A stretch of DNA of 64,000 nucleotides from Callorhinchus milii (taxonomy: Eukaryota). Position numbers and translations under genes: made by a program. Location of the stretch: contig NW_024704747.1 of NCBI RefSeq assembly GCF_018977255.1, positions 18,166,001 to 18,230,000 of the forward strand. Direction: 5' to 3'. This document shows, in pieces, positions 55,600 to 64,000 of the stretch. Numbering within the stretch: position 1 is the first letter of the stretch; each line of letters opens with the position of its first letter. Below the pieces are notes generated by a model. The model had not been told where the DNA came from. It was given only the letters and a program-made list of their open reading frames with translations, and did no database searches.

Positions 55600-56795
55600 G
55601 AATGGCGGCCGAGCTTACTTTTACTGCTGGCGGAGAAGGAAGGCGGGAGACGGCGCTGGGAGTCTTGCGGCTGCGCTGGTGCTTCTGCTGCCGGTGACGA
55701 CCTGAGCGCGTGCGCCCCCCCTCAACACGTGGGTCCGCAGCCGGGCCCTGCACACCCGCCCCTCAACCGGCATAACTCACACCCGCCCCTCGCTTACCGG
55801 CTAAAACAAAACACTTTCCCTCCCTCCCCCAACCCACCCGCTTCCCGTTGCAAAATCACCAGCTGTCTCGCCCCCGCCCCCTCGAAAAGAAAAAAAAAAG
55901 ATGCAATCCCTCTCACTAATCTCTTTCCACCAGCGAAAAAATAAATGCTGCTATGCTCGTTCAGGGGTTCCCTACCCCCCCCCCCGCCTTCGCCTCCTTT
56001 TCCAGAAGCTTCCATGAGGGAATCTGCGCAGGCGAGGTTAAAGGTCACCTCGCGGGGCGGTCGATTGAAATGATATATTTGTACGTATTATTATTATAAT
56101 GGTAGTAGTAATGATAATAAAACAAGAGGTCGGTTCGGTGCTTTGATCGAACCGTTTGCGAGGGAGAGCGGGAGGTGAGGTGACGAGAGGAGAGGCGCGC
56201 GGGGCCGACAATTAAGAGCCCAAAGTCAACCCCAAAAGTAGCCCCAATCATAATCACGCGTCGCCTCCTACTATAGGCAGCGGAGTGAGCTGATTTAATT
56301 CGGGTAAGTGCTTTGGAGGGTGGGAAATGTGTTCAGAAAATATCTTCAAAGGAGAGGAGAGGGATTACACACGTTTTGCGGGTTCAAATTAAAAAAGAAC
56401 AAGAACCCGCCCAAAGCCGTTTCTTTCACGCGCGCAATCCGACAAAAAACGCCCGATTTGGACGCGAAACCCGCCCAGACGTGGCCACGTGTTCCCCCTC
56501 CTCCTCCTCCCCACCCCCCCCGCGCGCGGGGAGGACGGGACGGAGAAGAGAGTTCGAGAAACGTGACGCCGCGTGAGCGTGACGTCGCAGGTCACGTGGC
56601 CGACGGCATTGCCCCGGACGCTCACGTGGTCGCGGCCGCTCCACTCAGCGCTGCAACAAAGGCTGTGCTCGGGCAGAGGCGTCTCTCTCTCTCTCTCTCC
56701 TGCAGTTTTATATAGGAACCATTTCTTTTTTTATATTATATATATATAATATATAACCAAAAAAAAAGCCCCCGAACAGTCGCCGAGAGAAGAAA
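55600..56795. promoter_or_regulatory. HSPD1/HSPE1 head-to-head bidirectional CpG-island promoter
   Basis: Divergent genes; heat-shock element TTCCAGAAGCTTCC at 56000-56013; second TTCGAGAA at 56553-56560; E-boxes CACGTG at 55726, 56486, 56593 and 56623; the head-to-head arrangement is known in vertebrates. Confidence 0.85.
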
Positions 56796-56798
56796 ATG
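56796..56798 (+). CDS. HSPE1: HSPE1 exon 1 (ATG only)
   Basis: gaaaATG|gtgagt. Confidence 0.9.
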
Positions 56799-58784
56799 GT
56801 GAGTTACGGCAATGCACTGGTTTTTTGTGCTTTTATCCTCAGCTCTTTCCCCCCCACTCCAGAGAGACACATTTGGTGCACAATGCAACCAATGCGGTGG
56901 TCGGTGTTGGAGGTTTGAGGAACGTTTAAAAAGGAATTGCTGTTCAATCAGGACGGGGTGGGGTGGGGGGGGGGTTACTTGACTTTATGCCCAGGTTTTC
57001 CTGTCCTTTTTTTGGGGGGTGGGGTGGGGGAAGGGGTGGGTGTGGGGAGGGGGGAGGGAGCAGCCATTCCAGCACGTCATTGAGGTCCCGGTTAGAAATG
57101 AATGGGACAACGTGGTTCTCGCCCACGTTTTCGCGTCTCTTTTTTTTTGGGGACAAAATGCCACTTTGAAACCGAGCAATCGCTGCGGGGAAGGAAGTGG
57201 GACACAACGAACGATAGATGTGCTACGTTGTATCACTCGATGTTCTGTTGCAGTGGAATTTGCTGCTGTTATTAGGATAATGACCTTGTTCCGAGGCACC
57301 GAGTCTGCAAGGTCAGCCCAAAATGCAGAGCAATGCTAACCTCCCTCATGAATCGTTTTCTTTTTTTAAATATACAAAATGACACACGCAACAATCTACA
57401 TGGCTTCACACGAGCCCGAGGTGGTGTTGAGGATTTTCAGACTAGTAACTAGTAATGTTCCCGTGTTGGGATTTTGAAACGTGTACGTATTGCAAACCGA
57501 TTTAAACGTTTCCAAAGTTGCACTTATTTCTAACAATGGTCCAATGCCTACATTTCAAGGATCTCTCTCTCGGGAAATTAAGTGGACAGTTGCTAAGAAT
57601 GATACCAGTTGAAGGTGATCACAAATGTGACACTAAGCCTTTACAGGCCTTCCCACCCCATCCGCCCCTTATACTACTTGTATTGGCCAAGATTATGTTT
57701 TTAAAAACTCAGATTTGATCATTTTTACCACTGTGTTAAATGAAATGGTTGTTCAGTTGATCCTCGAGTCTGTGTTTGAAGCCTTTCAGCATATGCTGAA
57801 TGCCATGAATCTTTCCTAATTTCCATAGGCAGGAAAGGCATTCAAGAAGTTTCTGCCTCTCTTTGATCGGGTTTTGGTGGAAAGATATGCAGCAGAACTG
57901 GTGTCAAAAGGTGGAATCATGCTACCCGAAAAGTCCCAAGGAAAAGTCGTTCAAGCAACCATTGTAGCAACTGGACCTGGCGGCAGATCAAAGGTCAGTT
58001 TGATTGCACAGTGAAATCTCCTCCACCAAAAGTACCATTGTACATTAATGCTTGTGAATTTAATAAATTGACAAATTCCCATCTGGTGCATCCTGCTTAT
58101 GCTTTCTAACCTAAGAAGACAATATGTGTTTTTCTGCAACATTAAAACAAATATAAAGAAAATTCAGCGAGTTTGTTTGCAAAATACTGTCCTTTTCCTG
58201 AAAAAAACTCTTGAAAGTAACTTGCTGTCTTTTTTCCTTTTATTGGGGAATAGACATGTTACAGATGGAAAGCTACAAAAAGTTTACATGTACTGCTTAA
58301 GTAGTGGGCAGTCGGTGACTGTGGAACTGTACCTCAGCATAAGTCAGTACATTCAAAAAGAGTAGCACGGATGGGGGGAGGGAGAGTTTTTTTGTTATGA
58401 AGGTATAGTAAATCTCAATGTGGAAAACATACTTTGTTGGTTTTGTATAACGTTCCACAAAATTGCAATGTTAGGGTTTGGGAAGTTACATTATTTTCTA
58501 AATTTAAAATATTCCTTTGCTTGACTTGCTTATTTTTTCCAGAATGGTGACATCCAGCCAATGATGGTAACAGTTGGTGAAAAAGTTCTACTGCCAGAAT
58601 ATGGAGGCACTAAAGTCATCTTGGAAGAGAAGGTTGGTACAGCTCACATTTTCAAACCAAAACATTGACTGAAATAACCAACCTGATGTATTTTGGTTTC
58701 ATGCTAATTTTTTTTTCCCTCTTTCTTGTTTAGGAATACTACTTGTTTAGAGATGGAGATATTCTTGGAAAATATATAGAATAA
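56796..58784 (+). CDS. HSPE1: 10 kDa mitochondrial co-chaperonin HSP10, 4 exons, 309 nt, 102 aa
   Basis: join(56796..56798,57829..57993,58543..58632,58734..58784) gives MAGKAFKKFLPLFDRVLVER..GGIMLPEKSQGKV..VLLPEYGGTKV..FRDGDILGKYIE*. Confidence 0.98.
57829..57993 (+). CDS. HSPE1: HSPE1 exon 2
   Basis: AGKAFKKFLPLFDRVLVERYAAELVSKGGIMLPEK..GGRSK, 165 nt. Confidence 0.97.
58543..58632 (+). CDS. HSPE1: HSPE1 exon 3
   Basis: NGDIQPMMVTVGEKVLLPEYGGTKVILEEK, 90 nt. Confidence 0.97.
58734..58784 (+). CDS. HSPE1: HSPE1 exon 4 (to stop)
   Basis: EYYLFRDGDILGKYIE TAA; AATAAA at 58901 and 58918 downstream. Confidence 0.97.
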   Translation, partial: EYYLFRDGDILGKYIE

Positions 58785-60249
58785 ACATTGATTGCTGCAA
58801 TCAGTTCATGAGACTGACCATTCCAGAGTGCAGATGTCTTTCATATTGTTTAAATCTGTAAATACTAATTTGTCCCATTTTTGGAGCTTTGCTTTGGTAC
58901 AATAAAATCAATCTCAAAATAAACATCCTGTTTCCATGTCCCAATGAAAATATTTTTCTTATTTTTACATTACTTAGTTACAAAAGTGGCTATAAAATGT
59001 ATGAATGCATACATAATAATGTACAATGAAGGTTTCCAAGTGAATTTAATTTGTGGTAATGGAAGTTCTAATAAAACCCATCAAAATGCAAACTGTGTCA
59101 GTCCTCTTTGCTGGTCTTCGTAATCTAGTTCCAGAGCCCCTCGAGTCTGCAATATTCTAAGTTAACCAGCGAAGGTTGTCGGCACAATTTGGATGGACAG
59201 ACTGGGGGCAGGGATTTTTCCCACTCTGCAAGGCCCTAATGGGTCCTCAGTTAGATAAGCAGTGGGAATCTTGCCAGACGGTGCTTTCAATGGCAAGCTT
59301 TGCAGTTTTAGTGTGTTAAATTCTAGAAGTACTTTAATGCGCACTGGGGTTTCCAAGTCATAGCTCCTGAATTTGATAAGCAGGATGTGAACCCTCCAGG
59401 AAACTGCAATCTCGATCGGGAAATTTCTATGTCTATGTTGCATACAAATGAACTCCTGAGCAAAACGATGACTAACTACATGCCTGACTTGAAACACAAC
59501 TTATTGGTGATTCTACCACTGAGTGATCTGGGCAGAGCTACCAGTCAAACATTTGACTTCAATGAGCAGGTCACCTACACCATGATTGGGCATGAAGAAA
59601 ACTCCCAAAGACTTCAACACAGTCTTTCATTGAATGTTTGAAAGAGGAATTGTTTAGTGTGTTCTTTTAACAGCATCCTTGACCATCCATATGCCTTGAT
59701 AAGTACTAAAACCAGGCTTCCATGGTAGAGGCATTTCATCCCTGTCACATGTTATTTCCTTTTAAGCTAACAATCTTGTAAATTAATGCTTCACAGAGAG
59801 GATCAATAAATTCTAAGGATTTTTGTCTGAGAGACAAAACAACAAAAGTACAACAATAATATTAGACTAACTAAAACTGCTTAAGAATTGGTAAAACTTG
59901 TGTCATTTCCCCAAATACCAGGATAAATTTTAGGATCCATGAAACACAAATGGAATATTTGATATTGTCAAGGTAAAACAGTGACCCTACCTATGAATAA
60001 TATCTATAAAATATTTTTTAAAAGCCAGGAGCTTGAATAAATACTGGGATTTTGTATTATACCTATTTATAGTAAGTGAAAGCACAATAATAACCTTACA
60101 AAATGTAGCCTTTCACCCACAAAATACAGTGAATCCAGTTTACAGTATATCTGTAGTGCTTTGAGACATCTCGACGGAAGGTGAGGTATCAAATGCAAGG
60201 AATATAGCTTTAGAGTAGATTTCATGCATACTAATCATATAATTACTGT

Positions 60250-60470
60250 AAAATGAATTGACTGTATATTTGTGGGTGAAATATGGCAGCCAATTGTGCA
60301 CATCAGTTTTCCATAAAAAGTCATGGATTGAGTGACCAAATTTTTTTTAAGGATTATTATCCCCGGAAAAGTGATCTGCCAATCATCTTAACAACCAAGT
60401 TCCTACTTACTGCTAGGTATACAGAAGCATGTGGATTAAGGAAGTTTGTCCCAACACTTGCCCTGGTAAA
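60250..60470 (-). mobile_element. Diverged SINE fragment
   Basis: Central domain aattggctgcc and ttgggacaaacttcctt related to the 11737 family. Confidence 0.6.
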
Positions 60471-61034
60471 CCTTGTTAAATATACATTACTATGAATTCC
60501 ATCACACAAAATCAGACTTCAATATTTTTTGATGGGTTGGGCACAATGCACGGACTACAACAGACTGATCTAAAAGCTCCTATACCATCATTTAAGGTGT
60601 AAAACTGGATGAAAACAAGACCAGGCATATATTTTCTATCCTGCAGGCTGTGTAAGCACTGCTTCCTCTCCAGCAAAATAGGCAAGAGAATTAATGCTTT
60701 TGGAAGGCAAAGCCATCATGTCTCCATAAATCCTTCTTCCTATGGGAAAGTGCCCAGTCCGCATTTGCAACTGGCTACAGTGACATCATCATTGAAAGCA
60801 GGAGATTTTGAGGAACCAGGAGCTCAAACTCAAGTACAGACCCAAATCCTATCTGTCCATGCTACAGTGTGTTACATTGCTGGAGCGTGTGGCCCTCAAG
60901 CAAATTGACAGAGATGGTGATCTTCATTAAATAGTGAGTCTTGCTGAATTAAACAAACACCCTTATTATGCTGTCTTATTATGAGACAACCCTGGTCAAA
61001 GTAACAAATGACATTTTGCCCACTTGAGACCAGG

Positions 61035-62092
61035 ACTCTCTCTGTCTCCTCGTCCTTCTCGACCTCTTGGCGGCTTACAATACGGTTGACCACACTTCTT
61101 CTCCACAGCCTCTCGTTTCCTCTCAATGGTGTTTTTTTTCTTGCCTGATTCCAATCCTACCTTCTAGCCCTCACACTGTCATGTGTGGCGTCCCTCAGGG
61201 CTCTGTCCTCGGTCCCCTCTTCAATCTACACATGCTCCCGCGCAGCGATGTCATCCGCAGATATGGGGTTAATTCCCACATGTATGCGGATGACACCCAA
61301 CTCTTACCTCGCCACCTCCACCCTCGACTCCAGGGCCATTGATGTCCTGGCTAATTGTCTGTCTTAAATCAAGTCGGGATGAGAACAAACTTCCTCCATC
61401 TCAATGTTGGCAAGACAGAGACCCTCCTGCTTGGCTCCCTGCAGAGTCTCCTCACTTCAGCCGCTGACACTGTCACCATTCATGGCTGCACTGTCCACCT
61501 CACCAATCCTAAACCTCAGTGTCCTTTTTGACCCTCAGCTATCCTTCAAACCCCACATTTGCGCCTTTGCCCATCTCCACAACATTGCCCTCCACCACCA
61601 CTGCCTCTCACCACAGGCCACCGAGACCTTGACCCATGCTTTCATTATGTCCTGGCTTGACTACGACAACAACCTGCTCAATGGACTTCCCAACTTTTCC
61701 CTCCACAAACTGCAGATTATTCAGAACTCTGCTGCTCATGTCCTCTCCCGCACCAGACTCCAGGAACCTATCGCCCCCGTTCTTGTCCAGCTTTATTGGC
61801 TCCTCATTCCTCAGAGAATTGTGTACAAAACCCTTGTTCTTACCTTCAAGACCCTCCACTGTCTTGCTCCCCGCTACCTCTCTGACCTCATAACCCCACA
61901 CCAGCCTGTCCATGCCCACTGCTCGGCAGACACCGGCCTGCTTCAGGTCCCCCGCACTTCCCGGCCCACCATTGCCAGTCGGGTATTCAACATCTATGCC
62001 CCTACAATCTGGAACTCTATCCCGCAATCCCTCCACCTCACACCCCCTCTTGCTTCCTTCAAGTCCCGTCTGAAGACCTTCCTCTTCGACTA
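61035..62092 (+). mobile_element. L2 LINE RT fragment
   Basis: [43 protein letters not shown] with frameshifts. Confidence 0.9.
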
Positions 62093-63127
62093 TGTACATT
62101 TGTTCAATATTAGTATTTCATTGGAAAATGGATGGATGAGATGATACACCTTAATTGGGTCTACCAATCCTTCAGGTGCATGTTAAAAATCCCACGCATT
62201 GATTCCCAGTGTTCTGGCCAACAAAGATACGGATTAATTGCTTATTCACCTCATGGCTGTTTGTGGGACCTTGCATCTTTGAGGCTTTTTCAAATGACAA
62301 ATTGTTATCAAAATGCAAGTTCTTTCCTTTCTTCTACATTTTTGTCAGTATAAGTTTGAAGTATGGGAAACAATAGTTAAGTCGTCTTAGTTATGATTTG
62401 TAAATATATTTAAGTTTGTAAAGATTTTTTTTCCCATAATAAAGCAGCTGAAAAATATAAATTAACAGTCATGGGAACAGTCAAGTCATTCCAAGCTCTG
62501 GAAGATTTTCATGAAGCTAATGTCTTATAGTGAATAATACTAACGTGTCTAGTTTGAACAACAACTCTGTGTTATTAATATTATAATGGCCTGAGAATTG
62601 TTTTGATGTACAAGGTATTACATTAATTCTGTTTCTATTTTTGAATTGTAAAATGTATTGCAGTAACATTTAAAAAATAGGGACTTATAACATCTGAAAA
62701 TAAATATTTATCCCAAGTTATTCAAGTACATTAACAAAGTTTGTTAGTTTGTGAAACTGTTGGGAGAAAATCAGTTACAATAATGTTGCTTAACTTCAAA
62801 TTCTATCTTACTGTGCAAGTTGTAGCTTTAAATTACCCAAGGTAATATATAAAGATTAACATAAGGACAAGTGGAGGAATGTGGATTTTTGAGGACACAA
62901 AGGGTAAGGCAACTTGTTACTGAGGAATGATACACTTTGCTACTAACGTCTCAATCATGAATACTCAATTATGTGATTAATTTCACTGTTGTCAAATATA
63001 ATTTGCTGACTGTTGAAATATAATCTGCTTGTTGCTGCAAAGTAGAACCGTTGGTGTTCAGAACATAAGGGTACAAGGTCTGTTCAAATTATCTGCAGTT
63101 GTTAGCTTGGAGCATTGCTATTTTGAC

Positions 63128-63448
63128 TAATAATAATAATAATGATCCTTGCATTTGATATAGCGCTTTTCACGTCGGGAGGACGTCCCAAAGCGCTTCA
63201 CAGAACAAACTGTAAAGTGAATTGGCTGTATATTTGTGGGTGAACGCGGCAGCCAAATGCGCACAGCAATGTCCCACAAACAGTCGTAGATTGAAAATGA
63301 CCAATTTATTATTGTTTTTGGTTTTTGGAGGGATTATTATTAGGCGTGTGGAGTAAGGAAACTTGCCCAAGGTTTCGCCCTCTGCCTGGGATTGAACTCC
63401 GGTCTCTCGTTTGCAAAGCGAGTGCTCTAACCACTGAGCTACAGGACT
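63128..63448 (-). mobile_element. Young full-length tRNA-derived SINE
   Basis: Very similar to 31051-31359; head, central domain, GGGACGTCCTCCCGACGTG tail, (ATT)n. Confidence 0.9.
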
Positions 63449-63529
63449 AAGATATGTAATATGTGATAAAGAAGTAAAATGTGCTCATATGCAAATAACG
63501 TTCTGAAATAGGGACATATATTTCCTATT

Positions 63530-63805
63530 TCCGGCTGACTCCAGCCTCCCAAATGTCCCTCACCCCTCCGCTCCACCATCTGTGGATGTGCCTTCAGTCC
63601 CGAAACTCTGGAACTCTCTCCCTCAATCCCTCCACCTTGCCCCCTCCCTCTCCGCCTTCAAATGCTGCCTAAAGTCCTTTTTTGATCGTGCTTACGGTTA
63701 TCTTCCCGCTCGCTCTCCCCTTGGCGTGTGTGCAGACTGCGCCACCATGAAGTGCTCAGGGATGCTACCCCGCGAGTAGGGCACTATATAAATACAAGTT
63801 GTTGA
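63530..63805 (+). mobile_element. L2 3' fragment (second subfamily)
   Basis: PKLWNSLPQSLHLAPSLSAFK..FFDRAYG, tail gggcactatataaatacaagttgttg. Confidence 0.75.
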
Positions 63806-64000
63806 AATACAAGTCAATATGGGATGTAAACTAGGAAGCTCGGCACAGGTGTTGGGATTAGGGAAACTACATTGTCACCGTCACGTTTCATGAGTTAAAG
63901 GAACCAACTCGGGTATAAAAGGTCACACGATTCAACACTCACTACCATGCTTTTAAAGTACTGTAGATTCAACTCTCTCTGCCGACACTCTCAAACCAAG

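Noticed and set aside
59000-64000. MOB4 or HSPE1-MOB4 read-through exons
   Set aside because: No MOB4-like coding sequence is visible; the region is mostly SINE and L2

Overview
Eukaryotic vertebrate genomic DNA, most likely a cartilaginous fish. This is inferred from Deu-domain and LF-like SINEs, shark-type Penelope-like palindromes, L2/CR1 LINEs and compact introns; the species cannot be fixed from sequence alone. The window holds the conserved syntenic block SF3B1 (-, 25 exons, 1329 aa), COQ10B (+, 5 exons, 235 aa), HSPD1 (-, 11 coding exons, 573 aa) and HSPE1 (+, 4 exons, 102 aa). I read all exon boundaries by hand and each gene gives an intact frame. I found no prokaryote-style novel system. 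The best second-look items are: (i) two TSD-flanked hairpin elements with a hammerhead-ribozyme core, both in host sense orientation; (ii) a cluster of poison/decoy exons in SF3B1 intron 4 and a candidate micro-exon in intron 6; (iii) an expanded TPGH phospho-repeat in SF3B1 exon 7; (iv) an L2 insertion whose tail now forms the 3' splice-site region of SF3B1 exon 4; (v) two GC-AG introns in SF3B1; (vi) a solo LTR with a 39-bp internal array inserted in a SINE; and (vii) SINE/L2 shared tails with different loop sequences. Comparisons with human are from memory, not from a search.
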